A DNA stretch of 64,000 bases from Bilabrum cf. latius (Eukaryota), in the NCBI GenBank assembly GCA_965178125.1, contig OZ237744.1, forward strand, positions 372,001 to 436,000, read 5' to 3'. Below, one piece after another: positions 38,501 through 52,859 of this stretch (its first letter is position 1; every line of letters starts with the position of its first letter). Under the pieces are notes generated by a model. It was not told where the DNA came from. It worked only from the letters and a program-made list of their open reading frames with translations, and did no database searches. The position numbers were made by a program, and so were the translations under genes.

Positions 38501-41500
38501 GTTTGGGGTGTATTAGAACTCCACGGCTGTGTCGGTCTCTGCCCCCAATGTCAATGCGATGGCGGGCTTGCTGCGATCCATGGCGGGGCAAGGTACACCC
38601 AGTCCTGCATCCCTGCAAACTATATGGGGAGGCAGAGGGGTTTAGACAAGAGTAGCAGCATCCGTGGACTTGGTGGGATACACACCCACGGGCCGATGGA
38701 CCCAGCTGGCTAGATCGCTAGGGAGGTTGCAGCACCTCGATGCTGCTGAGGTTAGCCCGGGTGATGTAGACGGGATGTTCAACATGACGATGGATAGTAA
38801 GCCTGGGATATTGGGGCTGTATAGCTCCGTGGATTAGCAGCTACTGCCCGAATGTCTGTGGCCGGATGGAGGGGCGCAGGCAACGACGCAGCCAGACATC
38901 GGTGCAAGCCTGACCTGCCCGGCGGTGCAGCCGTTGCCCGGCACAGCGAGCGAGGTGGAGGCATGCGGGCCCCGAGTGAAGGTCATGACCACAGTATGCG
39001 CAGGTGGTGTGCTCCGACTAGGACCCTTGTCACCCTGGGATGGACCAGCTCCTCTCAGCGATGGGCATTCGATGCACCCGCCTACCGCTGCCATGGTCGC
39101 AGGGACCGGCAGCACCAGGGACAGCGCTGGTGCCTCCCATGCCATCGGATGGCTTCCACGAGGCATCAACCTGACCATGCTGTTCGGTGAAATGTCAGAT
39201 CAATTTGATGCAGGCAGTCTCAGCACGGTCAGACCCCGTTCCACACTAAGCCTGCAGCTCATGCCACCAGCAGACAGCTCTGCGTGGAGATTCGAGGCGC
39301 TCTGGAAGGCAGTGCAGCCAGGGGCCAAGCTGGGCGTGACAGTCTCTGTTCTGGATGGGGAGCATGTCTCAGGGGTCAGCGCGACCGCCAGAGTGGTGCG
39401 CGAGAGCAGCGTGTCAGTAAGCCGCCGAGCGATAGAGAGTGCAGGCGCCCATGGGCTGCTGCTGGAGCACTTTGTGTCTCCTCGTCCTGCCCAGTCGGCG
39501 CTGGAGGACGCCAAGGCCGTGCTGCGTCAATCAAACTAGCCCGGCAGCCCCAGCCGCCTAGCTGCCACCGGCGCCACTGCTCTGTAGGCAGCTGATGCGC
39601 AGAGTGCCGAGGGCAACAGCGCAGTGTGCGTGGAGGTGGAACTGAGATTCACCGTGATGGGGCAGGACCAGGGGCCAGGGGCGGGCGCGCTTCGGCGAGT
39701 AGGCGTGTACGGATCCACTGGGCCCGGCATTACCCCGGAGCTGCTCGGCTCACCGGTGGACCTGGCCCTCTCGGAGTGCTCTTCCCTAGGTGCGGTGGCA
39801 GGGGGTGAGGGCGACGAGGGCATGCAGGTGGCGGTGCTGGAGCCGGTGCCAGATCCCGAGGAGCTGGAGCGACGGGTCGAGGAGGGCATACTGCATCCTG
39901 CGTCTATCAAAGCATCACTGCAGTTGGACTCAGTTCCCGAGAGACAGTTTCCAATGGGTGAAAGCGCGTTGGTTGCCTCTATGATCCAGGAGACCCGCTT
40001 TGGCATCGGTATCCCGGCGGCTCCGATCGACGGGGAGGGCGTGATTGTGGCGTGCAAGACGCATAGCGCTGCAGCCGCACATAAAAGGGTTGAAGCCTCC
40101 GGTGCTTCTGACCCCGGGCTTGTGGTGGTGCCTGCTGTGCAGCAGGTTTCGTTGCCTGGGTCTGCCTGGTCCAACGGAAGAATCCCTGAGATCCAGATCA
40201 GGATTTAGGCGTCAAGGGCAGCGAAATCGGGGCTTGCAATGGACCAGGCACCGATCGGCGATGGGCTAAAGACAGTATGGGCGGTGTGCGTGCTTGCAGG
40301 CACAACTGCAGCCGATGCATCCCAGATGGCCTCCCAGGCATCGTCAGTCGGTCTTGGATTCTAGCCATCCGTAGAAGCCATCTCCAGACTCTCTGGCCCT
40401 GGCCCTATGGCAACATACCAAAGCCCCATCGCGATGGCCATCCCGGTTCGACTGCAACCGATCCGCTGGCCCAAGCCCGGCGACATCCTGACTAGGCTGC
40501 CGGACGCAGTGTGGGGCACAGAGGCAGATGGCGCGCTGGACTGGAGGCCGGCACCAGGGTCTGCGGCTGAGCTGCTGGGGCGGACATCGCGGTACGTGTC
40601 GGCGTGGGGGTCAGGCGCAGGAGCACGCGGTGATGCTGGAGGGGAACCGGGCGCACCCACCGGGGACCAGAGTAGGACGAGCAGGCGACTCTTGAATCGA
40701 CCATCTAGCGGACACTAGCTATCGCCTGATATAGCTAGGCGACTATCCAATGACTCAGCCGGGACCGATAGACAGCAGCAGCTGCCGTCGAACGTATCAT
40801 CGAAAGAGTTAGTGCGAGCCAGGCAGGCGGCTCGGTCGCTCGACTCGCTCAATCCCTGGGTGGGTCCCAAGCTAATCGTCAGCGGGGCCGCGGCAGTGAC
40901 AGTGGCCTGTCCCCTTGCCTACGATGGGGTCTCCAGAGTGCCATGCTTCCCACCATCCGCGCTGGTGTTCGTGGGCGGGGTGCAAGCAACGATCCTGGAT
41001 GTGTCTCGAGAGTTTGACGTAGCGCGGGTGTAGCTGCCCGAGCAGCAGAGCGTTTGCGATGGACCGCCGGGCCGCAGCAACAGCTCCACAGGTGGGCAGG
41101 CAGAACGAAATGAAGCTAGCACAGCATGCAGCGTGCAAGCTGTGCTGATCGTCCCTCCTCCGCTTCGGACACCAGAGGGCTTCGCACACCCGTCGGTGCA
41201 GTGGCCTCCTGTCCTGGTCTTCGATGGTATCGAGCAGACTGAAGGCGCTGGTGACACTGTGGCTTCCAGCCGACGCGCCCTGCAGCAACTCAACGACACG
41301 TCTCCGCCATCCGCAATCGGTGATCCGCAGCTGGTCCAAGTGGACAGTATCACGGCTCGCATTGCCCGTGCACTGTGCGGGAAAGACGCAATCGTGCGGC
41401 AGTGGAGAACTGCAGGGGGGCGGGCGGCTGCCTCGGGGGGAGAGATACAGGGTTGCGTGCTGGTAGCTCCGGCTTCGGTATAGTCAAATATTGCTGCAAA

Positions 41501-44500
41501 GGCTCCGTCGGAGCATGAGGTGCTGCGCGTGGCAGGAACAGGGCACGAGGTGACCGACGGGGACATCGCCGCACTCGTGCTGAAGGGGGGCATCGAGTAC
41601 GTGGAGCAATGCGTGGGATATCCCGAGCCAGGGGCCCTATGCGCGGATCGAGATGCAGTCAAGGCGGGACTAGTCTGCGCCTTTGGTGCGGGTGACGAGT
41701 GCAGGCCCTGTCCCAGCGGGGCGGCATGTCCCGGTGGATTCAAGGCGCACCCCTTGCCCGGGTACTGGTCGCAGGATGAAGGCAGCGGGCTCGTGCTGAG
41801 GTGCGACACGCCTGCCGAGCAGCGATGCCTAGGCTGGGATGAGGCTGTGGAGATGTCGGTGTGCGGGGTAGGATACAAGCAGGATTCCACCGCATGTTCC
41901 AGGTGCGAAGACGGGAGGTACGCTAAGACTGACGGCAGCTGCCAGCTGTGCCCGTCCTCCCCGTCCATCTGGCTGCTGCTTCAGCCTCTTGTTCTCTATG
42001 CGGGCGGGGTGGCTGGGGCGGCGCTTGTGCTGCTGACTGCAGTGTGCGTCGTGGCTTTTTGGCGGGGCATTCCATTGAAAGTTGCCGCAACTAGAGCTGC
42101 TCAGTTCACGCTGTACACCGGTGCTTTGCTGCAGACAGTTGCGCAGGCAGGCAGGGCGGTGCAGCCAGGCCTGCCCCAGTGGTACTACACTGTGGTGCGG
42201 ATGCTGGACGTGTTCCGGTTTGAGAGCTCCGCGCTGGTGCACCCCGACTGCATCGGGGCTGTGAAATTATCGCAGGAGATGCTGGTGCTGAGCCTGTCGA
42301 TCGCGCTCGTCCTGGGTGGCTACGTCACATTCTGGTTTGCCGGGCTGCCTATCGAGGTGGAGGCGACTGCAGAGAGTGCTCCAGCGCATAACATCGATGG
42401 CAAATCGTCCAATAGTGGCGGTAGATCTGGGACGGCAGGTCAAGCGAGTCAGGGCGGGATCCAGTGTGCGCTGCAGTAGACCACTACAAGGCGTCGGAGG
42501 TCCAGCGCCAGCATACTGCTTGCCTCACTGTAGTCCTCCTCGAACGATTCAGTCGTTGGTACAAGCATGGATACAGAGCCCATTGGGACTGGGGATGCGC
42601 TGCGTGGTGACGGGTCTCCTTCCCTGGGCATCGCCTCTAGAGGAATGCTCACTGCGGCATCGCTCGTGTACGCCGTGGCATGCACCACCGTGGTGCAGGT
42701 GCTGGACTGCAGGGCGCCAGGGACGCTGGCCAGTGTGGCCGATCCCGAGGCAGTGCAGGCCGTGGTGTTGCCTGAAGAGGCACTCGGGCTGGGCGGCAGC
42801 GGGGGTGGGGGTGACAATGGGTCTACTGGACTGGGATACGGACAGTAGGATGGTGCGTTAGCGTCGCAGCGAGAGAACGCAACAGACGCAGGGTTAGAAT
42901 CGGCGCAGCTGATCGCGCAGGTGCTTGCCACCTATGGGCACTCCCTCGATCTGCGAGAGGATGGGGCCAAGCTGCTGCTGTCTGATCCTACCGTGGTGTG
43001 CTACCGTGACGGCGTGCACGTGATCGCCGTCACTCTCGCGGTGGCTACTATTCTCGTGGTCATTGTGGGGCTGCCTGCATACCTGCTGCTGGTGATCATC
43101 CCGCAGATCGACGCCACAGTGGCTGCCTCACCGGCCTCGGAGTGGCTCCGATCGACCAAGAGGCTGCTTGAGGCATCCCTGCTGGATCGCGCCAGGCGCT
43201 CGGACGCATCACGATCGTGCGGCTGCCGGCCTGCATGTGTTGGGTCGCAGTCAGCGCCATCCATGACACCCACATTGGGCTCGGAGCCTCGGCAGATCGC
43301 CCGCAAGGGCACCTCCGGGCCACGAGCCGTGGGTATCGGGGCTGCGGCTGTTGCAGCTGCTGGGCTGTCTAAATTGGATCTTAGGGACATGAAGGAGTTC
43401 CTGTCGCTGCAGCAGCTCAAGCGCAGGTACATGCTAGAGCAGCAGCTCCTGTTTCTGGAGGCGCAGGCAAATGAGGCGCTTCGGACGGAGAATCAGCTGC
43501 CCACGCACTCTGGCACCATAGAAGCTGCTACGATGCAGCACGGCCGCGATGAAGACAGGCGGTCGCACAGGGTTCCAAACTTTGCGGCTACCAGCGAGAA
43601 GCTGCGCCGTGAAACAATCAATCCCAGCTTCCAAGGCGACAGCAACGCACTAGCGCGTATGACGACCCGCAGGTCCTCCAGCCAGGGAGCCAAGCACTCC
43701 GGCATGCAACAAGGAAACGAGGACAGCGTGGGAAGCTCACTGGCCTCGCATACAGGCACGCGGGGGCAAGTACGGGCCTAGTCAGCAGGCAGATCGAACA
43801 GGTCGAACAGATCGAACAGCCAGACGCCGCGATGGAGGGCCGCACGTACAGCGCGAGGCATCACAGTGTCACCGTCACTGGCCCGGGAATTGCTCGAGAT
43901 AGTGCGAGACCACGCTCGCATCCTTCGGCAGACCCACCGACTGGCGTTTTTCGCGGACGGAGACTATCGTGCTTCGAGGGCCTGGGTGCGTGTTGTGGAC
44001 TGGATGGTGCTCGTGCTCATCGCCAGTCTGGAGCCGGTGCGTGTGCCCATAGAGCCGATGCGTGTCATCCTCACTGCATCGCTGCAGGTAACGGTCCTGA
44101 TGGCAGCCGCGCTGGTCTTCCAGCTGACGTCTCCGTTCCTGGCAGAGTTCGAATGGAAGAGGGTGGGCAAGCTGAGTACGCTGCTACTGTCCTCTCTTGC
44201 GGTGGCGCTGAATGCCGTGGCGGCACTGAGCCAGGACGCAGCGCTGCAGGCACGGTCTGGGCATCAGCTGAAGGACCTTGCCCTGGGTCTCACGTACACG
44301 GTGGGCGCGGGTAGCATCGCCTGCCTCTCTGTGCTGTTTGTCATGTTCTGGTGGACGATCTTGCAGGCAGATTCGTACCACCCCGAGGCAATCCGCCGCA
44401 AGATTGAGCTCGAGAGATGGACCAAGCTGGATGGCGATGATGACGACGAAGTTGGTAGGAAAGATCCCATCTCAATGGCAGTGAAACAGTAGACCTGTAT

Positions 44501-44900
44501 CTCTGCAGCTAACCCCGTGCTTGCGGGCAAATTGCAAGCCAAACGTGGCGGCAAGAGGCGACGTAGATCGACGAGAGACCTGTCGGCAGTGCTGGGCAAG
44601 GACCCAGCTGGATCGAACGGCTAGGCGCAGATGCGTGCTCTCGTCGGGCAGCGGAGATCCAGTCAGTCCCTGCTTGCGATTTTGGGCGAGGACAAGGATG
44701 AGGACGAGTTGGAGAACAACCGCGGTGGCCCCGGCACAGGGCGGCGCGGGGCGAAAAGCACCGTGGTGGGGACGAGGAGGATGCGGCAGAACACGATGCT
44801 TGCGATGGACAGTCTGCTCGGAATGGGGCCGGAGGAGTTGTTGAGAGAGCGAATGCAGGCTGTCAGCGGCAGGACAAGACGAGGGAGGGCGCTCGGTTGA
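35520..44900 (+). CDS. Very large surface protein: SRCR-like domains, mucin exons, long ectodomain, Cys-rich repeats and multi-TM C-terminus (5' end uncertain)
   Basis: 35520-37315 is paralogous to 26935-28200. Introns 36309-36439, 36512-36906, 37069-37204 and 37316-37412. Final exon 37413-44900 (~2495 codons) has only TAG interruptions. CRPCPSGAACPGG..PGYW Cys-rich region precedes several hydrophobic helices. Stop is TGA. Confidence 0.78.
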
Positions 44901-44953
44901 GCACTGGGAACCCTCCGCTATGGCGGTACCCTGCTGGTGATGCCTTCGTGTCA

Positions 44954-45000
44954 TGACTCGTGACTCCTGACTCGTGACTCCTGACTCGTGACTCGTGACT
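44954..45000. repeat. 7-bp intergenic minisatellite (TGACTC[G/C])x~6.7
   Basis: Directly visible tandem array just after the stop of the preceding gene. Confidence 0.9.
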
Positions 45001-45549
45001 ACTATGACCAATTGAGCACGCCGCTGAGTCTGATATGATCCGAATCAGGTTTATTTTGCTAAGCTGCAAAACATTGTGCAACAAATCATCCTATGGCCTC
45101 CTCCAGCACCTTCACGCACTCAGGGTGGCCGCCCAAACGAGCCGCCTCCGATGGACCCACCCCTGTCCCAGCCCTCCCGCCAACCGACCCAGCCTCAATC
45201 TTCTCCCCAGCTCCGACGGCTGGCCCTCACTCGCAGCTCGGAACACCCTGCCTGCGTCCCTCTTGGCCTCCACTGCCCTGCACCATCGCAGCACCTGATT
45301 CCGGCGATCAGCCTCGTCCAGAGCAAGCGTCCCCCCGTTGCTGCCAACCCCCTCACGCGGTCAAAGCAACCGCCTTGCCGCAACGCATACCGCAGCCCAG
45401 ACAGCTGATTCGCCACAAGCATTCCATCCCGGTCCCTCTCCACCTCGCCATACTCGGCCTGGCACGCGCCCCCCATGTCCAGCTCTGGAGACGCAATCGC
45501 CATCGTGTCCGGGTCCCTGCCGCCTTCGCCCAGGGGCCTCTACATGGAT

Positions 45550-46448
45550 TCCTAGATGGTGTCCATGCAGCTGGCCACGAATGCAGCCATTTGTACCAGG
45601 TTCACGGCCCCGCCCTCAGCGGCTTGGTGCATGGCGGCCACTGCGACAATGGCGACTGCAGATCGTTCCAAATGGGTGGATGGGGCTGGCAGAGACCGCA
45701 TTTGCTTCTGCGAGGAGGGCTGGCCGGCTCTATGTCAGTTAGGGCGCTTGCATGGCAGCTGAGCCTGCGAATCCATGCGAGCAAGCGGCATGCGACGACG
45801 GGTAGTGCAAGGCGGAGAACCGGGCCCAGCGCAGCTTCGTTTGCCAGTACCAGGAAGGCTGGATGATAGACTGGAGCTGCAACTGCAACGTCGAGAAGGA
45901 CCGCTGCATGCCCAACCCCTGCAAGAACAATGACCGGTGCTCCATGACTGAAAGTGGCGCTATGGCTTTTCCTACGCCTGCATTCCCACCAGATTGAGTG
46001 GTGACCGCTGCCAGGACGTTGTGGTGCAGGGGAAGCGTGCTAGCCAGGCATACGGGCAGAGCGTGTGCATCGCGGACGATTCTGATTCGCGAGGGTACAC
46101 CTGCAGCTGCGACACTGACATCTTTGAGGACAACGAGGGCCACTGCACCGTGCCCAAGCCAGTCAATGCAGCGCCAACGTGCGATGACAGTATCAAGAAC
46201 GGCGACGAGTGGGAATCGACTGCGGCTTCGAGTGCGAGGTAGACGGTACCACCTGCGTGCTGTGCGACCAAGGGGTAGACTACACACCGAGCGACAACCG
46301 CGCCGGGAATCTCGGCAGGGCTGCAGCAATTGTAGCTGTCGCAGACTTCGTGTGTGCCGCGCTGCACTACAGTGGTAGGGTCAAGGCGACCCGCAAGGAT
46401 GTCTCAGAAGACAAGGCACAACCTGCTGGTTCCGACGAAGGCAAATGA
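45550..46448 (+). pseudogene. Degenerate EGF-repeat cell-surface protein gene
   Basis: EGF-like pieces (CFCEEGW, NPCEQAAC, CMPNPCKNNDRC, YTCSC) fall in different frames. The TCDDSIKNGDE/GIDCG motif is split by a frameshift near 46210. Lost cysteines and in-frame TGA. Confidence 0.65.
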
Positions 46449-46534
46449 ATTGAAGACTTAAATAGGTCTAGTTGTGACAAAAACACGTGTGGCAACACAA
46501 TTCAATGATGCCTAGACCCCAGCCGACCACGCAA

Positions 46535-49500
46535 TCAGCGGTATGCCCTTTCCGCTGGAATTTCGCTACCAAAGCGTACTGAGCCTGATCCGAACGACCC
46601 CATCAGTGTGGATCGTGACCCATCCGTAAGTGCCTGCACCTTTTGCTGCGTGAACAACCTCTTTGAAGCAGACTGCTCAAGCCGATCCATTCCCTTTCGT
46701 GCTGCAGGGCGCGTCGTCTGAGCAGCAGCCCCGTCAGCTCGACTCGAGATGCCCAAACGGGATCGCATGCCAAGCATTGCTGAGATGGCCTTTGCATCAG
46801 CGACTTCAGATTGAACAAAATGTCCAAAGTTAGACTCTTCCAGGGTACCACCAGCCGGTGCTGCGGTTCGGTCATGCACTCTAAGGCCCCCCGTGTTGCG
46901 GTCGTCCTCCTGCATCTTCCGCGCGAGCTGAGCCGCTCCTTGGCGCCGATCCATCTCTAGCTGGACTCGGGACCACCACCCATCTGGTGTGGAGGAAGCC
47001 GCAGGGACTCTACCGGCCACTAGGAGCGAAGCTTCGTTCTCGTCTCCGATGCGGCCTCGAACAAGAGTCGGGTTTGACAGCTGCTGCTGCTTCACAGCCG
47101 CAGCGCCCGCAGTGACCGAATCTGCAGCAAGACCAGCAGAGACATGACCCGAGTCTCCGCTCGAGTCGTTCACGAGCGTCTGTCGAGCCATGGAACGCAG
47201 GGCTGCAAGGGTGGGTGCTCGGACAGGCGGGCCGGTGTCAAGAGTGAGCATCGAGCCTTCCTCCGAGATGCTTGCCATGCTAGTCCCATGACCCAGAGAG
47301 GAACGCTCCTTGAGGTGGCGGGCGTGCTTCTTCGCAAGGTCGACGGCAGTCCGATCTCGCGAGCGCTGCCGCGTGTGCCTGCCCGGGTACCTACCAACGG
47401 AGGCTGCAGCACGTGCGCCGATCCGAGATAAAACGGACTTAAACTTGGCCTCTCGAACAATCTCACTGTCATACTCAGACAGTGCAGCCAGCTCTCGCTT
47501 GCTCGTAGCGCCACTTCTTTGCTTGTAAATGGCAAGCGATCCTACAGGCGGCTTCGGGCGCATCTTCGACAAAAACCTGCCAGCCATGCCCTCGCCGACC
47601 GTCTACCCCGCGGCCCACGCCGGCAAGCTGCCGCCACCTCTTCCTAGCCGGCTGGATACCGTCCCATGCACACTGTGCGGGATCACGCTGCTGAGGGTAC
47701 CCCCCCTGGGCGCGGGCCATAAGGACCCGCTGTCCATTCGGACTTGAGGGGTACTGCGAGCGCTCAGAGGACCGTGTGTGTGACTAGCAATTCCTGCATA
47801 GCCATGCATCCTGCTGGTTAAGCTCACACCCCCACGATCTATTCTACTCTTTGTTGGTGGCAACGGCTACGTGGCTGTCAGGCCGCCTCGGAGCCGTCTG
47901 CGGCGCGGGTCCGCGTGGACATCTCCCTCAGGCACAGACCCCAGCGAGCGCAAGCTGACTTCAGCCACCTCGCCTCGCAGTGGAGGCGAATCCATCACGG
48001 TTGATCGATCCCCTCTTAGCTTCGTCAGGTCCAGCGGAGTCACTACAGGCTGCCCCTGGGGGGACACCTCGCTGCCCTCGTCCATACTGTCAGCCGAATC
48101 AATTGCTGAGATACCAGCAGCGTCCCAGTCATCGATTCCATCCTTCATGTGCATTCCAATTGCAGCAGCAATGTGCATACGAAGCCTCCGCTTTGCTACG
48201 TTGGAGCTGGCCCTGACTGCCTTGCTTGCCTGCTCGTGAGCTGCCACGCTGCCGAGCTCCATGGGCGACGGGCGATGCTCTCCAGCCGAGCACAAGATGA
48301 ATGCAGCGGCGTTCCCCGCGCTTGCGTCGAGCCGTTCCATGGTCTTCCTCTCCATGTCACGCTTGCTCTTCCTATCCTCAGCGATTGCAGCCAGGCTGGC
48401 CCGCGACTCTACGCTGCCAGCACCCACACCTGCACCTGAGAGGCCACCAGCTTTCCCGCTCGGACTTGATGCGCCAGATGCTTCCTATGAGCGAACTGCG
48501 TCCGATGACCTGGCTGTCTTTGGCAGACTGCCATAGATTGCCTCCATGAGCCTCGGATCCAGCCGAGTCAGGGCCTTGATTTTTCGCGAAGTCATGTCGG
48601 CCTGTTGCTTGGAGGCCAGCGACATCGACTTCATCCCCATGTCAGACCGAACAATGGTGTTCGACACAATCGGATCTTGTGCGATATGCTTGCTTTGATC
48701 CAGCCGGCCACGACCTGATCGCCTTGGCATTGCCCTGATCATCGCCAGCAAGCCACGAGCGAAGCTGCCAGACAAGAGACCCGCACACGCGGTCTGGCAC
48801 AGGGTGCAGCTCTTCGCTGCTTGACGAGCAGCTGGAGCGAGCACGATATTCTCATGCAATGGGACGATTCCGTGCTCGGGGGGCCGCAGAATGCCAGCAG
48901 AACCGCCACTAACAGTGGGCTCATCGCTTGCTTCGTGAGTAGCATGCAAGCCATCCTCCACACCAGCACCGAATTCTGGCCGTTCTTTCGAAGAACCAGC
49001 TGTGAGAGTTTTGTGCCTCTTCCCATCAAGCCTGTCAATGCTGTCTTTGTCAATCTGCTTCTCCAAGAGCGCCCCAGCATCAATGACCACCCCTATCGTG
49101 CTGGCTCCCGCCATCTGCAACCGGCCGCCGCGGCCGGGCACTCCCCCAAACCGAACAGTGGCGCCGTAAATGTCATTCAGAAGCATTTTAGCAATGTCAT
49201 CAGCGGATAGAAAGTACGCTTTAACGTCAGATGCTGCATGCACAGTCGTAGCACGAAGCGGAAGCTTGTGCTGGAGCAGCTAGAACCCCGTTGAGAGCGT
49301 GATCGACCCACGGCGAGATCGCGTTGGCCTCGCTGGTCCCGACGGCGCGCCATTTTCTCCCCCGCGCTGACCACCTGGAGCTGTGGCTCTCGGCGGTAGG
49401 ATCAGCCTGCGCGCCGCAGCTGGAGCCCTCACCACTGCCCCGCACACCTCGAGCATTGGAAGCAGCACATCCTCAGCCCCGATTATAGAGGCCTCGCTGG

Positions 49501-52500
49501 CGAGTGATGCTTCCGTTTCTTTCACATCAAGGTACTTGGTAGGCTTCTACGAGGCAAGACGGTGCATGAGAAGCATGGTCTGATCCGTCGGACGGGCATG
49601 GTGATGAATGGTCAGGCCCAGGGTGCCTTTCGGCTCACCGGTACCCATCGCCGGCCCGCCGTCGGATCGCAGCACGTCGCGTCGCTGGCTGCGTCCGTAT
49701 CCCCCAACTGCCTGCGCTGGCCCACCGCTGGCCGTACGGAGCTGACGTGCAGTTCCGGACATCCTCATGGATTGGGCCATCGTTGGCATCTTCCTCGAAG
49801 CGTACAGTATGTTCGACCTCGTCTCGTACTCGAAAACAGTGGTGATCTCTGTCTTGCCCTTGGAGCGCTTCTTCCGTTTTCCTTTCGGGGCCTCCGTCTC
49901 CAACAGGCGGTGGGGTGTGAGAGCTAGCGGCCCATGGCTCCCAATGGCCAGATGATTGGTTACGTGAAGCGAGCCCTGCCTTACCATCAGCAGCCCATCC
50001 GCTTTGTCGCCGCGATTCCACACGTTCTCGTGGGTACCAAACGTGACTTCCTTAAGCGCGTACGCGAGCGGTATCAGCTTGCGACTGGGCCACTGCAAGA
50101 AAGGTCCAAGGCGCCGCAGGAAGCTCAGCCTCTCCCGCACCTCGCGGCGCTTCTGGCGGCGCAGTGTCGCGACAAAGGTGTCGCGGTCGATCGCCACTAG
50201 CAGTGCCCTCGAAGCTTTCTGCACTAATGCTTTCCGCTGACCATACTGATTCAATAGATTCGCAATGCCCTCCCCTGAAAACGCCTGAGCTCCCCCCGAC
50301 ATTGCCTTGGCAAACGACATCACGGTGGCAACCGCTTTCATCGCTTTGGCAGCACCAGCCATCCTCATCTTGCGCAGCATCGTCTGATATCTTTGTAGAT
50401 CTTTGGACATGGCAGACTTTTGCCGACCAGTCTCGCCTGCATCGTCGTCATCGGAAGGATACGCATGAAGGTGCCTCGGAGAGCCGTCTGTATCCTCCTT
50501 TGCAGCTTCCTGCAGGGCCAGATCGTCCTCGCCCGACTCGGTGATGAGCACGGTGGCCTGTCTGCGGTTGTGCCACGACGAGCTCTGCGGCGATGCTAGC
50601 AGGGCCAAATCGCCGAACGTTTCGCCGGCTCGCAGAGTTGCTACGTTCTCACCAAATTCTTCGATGGGCAACAGATGCGGCTGCAGCTTTTTCTTGCGGT
50701 CTGTATGCTTCTGTGTGCCGTCCTGCTGCAGCAGCTCATTCATCACATCGCCCGTCTGGTGGGCAGACTGCGCTTCCATGAAACCTGGCGGGACTTTGAT
50801 GTATCCAGAAGTCGACGTTGACGACTTGAAGCCATACGCAAACACAGGGGCGTTAGAGCAGTCGTCCATCCACGGCTGCCCGCTGCCGCTCCTGTCTTTA
50901 GGAACACCTTCTGCCAGCTACTGTGCCAGCTCGGGGGATGGCATCATCCCACCCCCCTATCCGTCTGCAAATCGAACGCCCTGGCCGTGCTTGGTGGAAG
51001 CAATACCAGACGGGAGCAGCGCCTGCGCCCTCTTCAGTACCGCGTCTGCCTATCGTCGGTCCGCGGCTGCACTCTTGGCCTCATCGTCGTGCCAATCAGT
51101 TGTTTGGCTTGCTTCATCGTCAGAGTCGTCATCGCCGAGGAGGATTTCGTCCTCCGCGGTGAGACCGTTTTCTAGCAGCTTTCCTGCGCGACGTCTTTGC
51201 CCAGGCCGACCGCTGGACCGTGCGGTCCTCCTGTCGTTCCCAGGGCCTGCTTCCCGCTGCATGATGGCGTCGGGAGCACCGACCTAGGATTGCAAACCCG
51301 ACAGCAACGACTACCTATCTGCACTTCCGTCTCTTTTGCCAGAATCCCAAGAAAGTGACATGCCGCCTCCCTTGACAGCTGCATTCAAACGATCCATGCT
51401 CTGCCCCTCGGGGCCAAGCGCGTCGAGCTTGGTCGGGTCAACGGACAACGCGCTCATTTCAGCGGCGCGACCGATGGAGTGTGATCTGTGCAAGAGACTA
51501 GCAAGGCCTTTTCTCTTCTTTGGTCCCTTTTTGTGCTTATGCGCGAGCTGTTCGGGCGATCCCGCACTATCCGCCTCCCCTCCACCTGCATTGCGGCCAC
51601 TGCTGCCAACACTACCGCGGGATGATACCAGCCTAACTTCAGCCTTTCCTCTAACGATAAGATAAAACGCCCTACCAATGTCTCCTTGCAGCGTCACAAG
51701 CTGCCCGACGGCTGGTCGGTAGATTTTCAAGCGCTTGGCCAAGGCGAGCATCGACGCCATAGGGAGGTCTCCGAAGAGCACCGGATGCTTCTTCAGCAGC
51801 CACGCAGCCACTAATCGCTGCTCAGCAGGCAGAAAATGTGGTGGGCCCACATCTTCATCGAGCAAAGGATCGTCTCCGTCCCCGATCGCGTCGCTGGTGC
51901 TCGATGATCCACCCGACAGCTTGCTCGAGTGACGCCGGCGGGGTGCTCCAGAAGACGACCCTGGCTTTTGATGTGCCTTTCTTTGCATTGCAATCTATCT
52001 AGCAACTTCCACTCGTGTGAGTGCAGTCACAGCCGCATGCTGCAAGCCTTCATCGTCTTCCAGGAGCTGGCTCGCGTGCTAGAGTTGGTCGCTCAAGCTT
52101 GCCGTGGAAGACCGCCGTCTCCTTCGCCTGTCTGCACGGTTGCTCACTCTTAGTACATCTTTGATATTTTTAGGACCCCGCCCGCGGTTTACGCTTGCAA
52201 TGTGAGAATCTAGCGACGATGGCGGTGTTGGCTTGCGACCTGGTGGGGTGCTTCGTGGTCGCAGTGCAGAAGGGGTGCGTCGCGGCCCACCCGAACCTCT
52301 ACCCTCAGAGTGTGATGATGTGCTGTCAGCAGTGGAGGCTGCACTAGGCGCCTCTGGTTGCGGATCAATATCTCCGACTCGACCCACTAACGATTTCCGT
52401 CTCATCACTCGCTACTGCTAATCCTGTGCTGATTTCAGCAGCTAGTACGCGCTTGACTAGCTCTGCAACTACAAACCACTCCTAGTACTTGAGGATGTCG

Positions 52501-52681
52501 CCAGTGACCGCGCAAAGGCTGTAGATGGGTCAAAATTGCCGAATCCACCTCCTCGAATTGCTGCAGGGGATTCCAACCCTAGCGAAGCTCGCCGCTGCCG
52601 CATGAATCCATCAATTTGCTCCTCTCGAACATTAAGAGAGATTGATGGTGATTCTGCCGGTCTATGTTGATTGTCGCTCAT
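46535..52681 (-). CDS. Cyclic nucleotide-binding domain protein (~2048 aa, two interrupted CNB domains)
   Basis: Ten listed ORFs share one frame joined only by TAG. Motifs QGDIGRAFYLIVRGKAEV, LRAGETFGDLALL, RQATV, IDRDTF and RGDKADGLLMVRQGSL. ATG 52681; TGA 46537-46535. Confidence 0.85.
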
Positions 52682-52859
52682 GTTTGAGGTGGTTTTGTGT
52701 GCCGTACCAGAGTGCCGTTGACCAGCAGTTGCAACCGCTTTGGTGCTGACTTTCAATGATTGGAGTATAACAATAATTCCTAAGACCTGAATGCAAAATC
52801 AACGTAAAAATGTGCATAGGAGCCATTTGTTGCCCAGACGGGTTCCTGCTGGCAATCGG

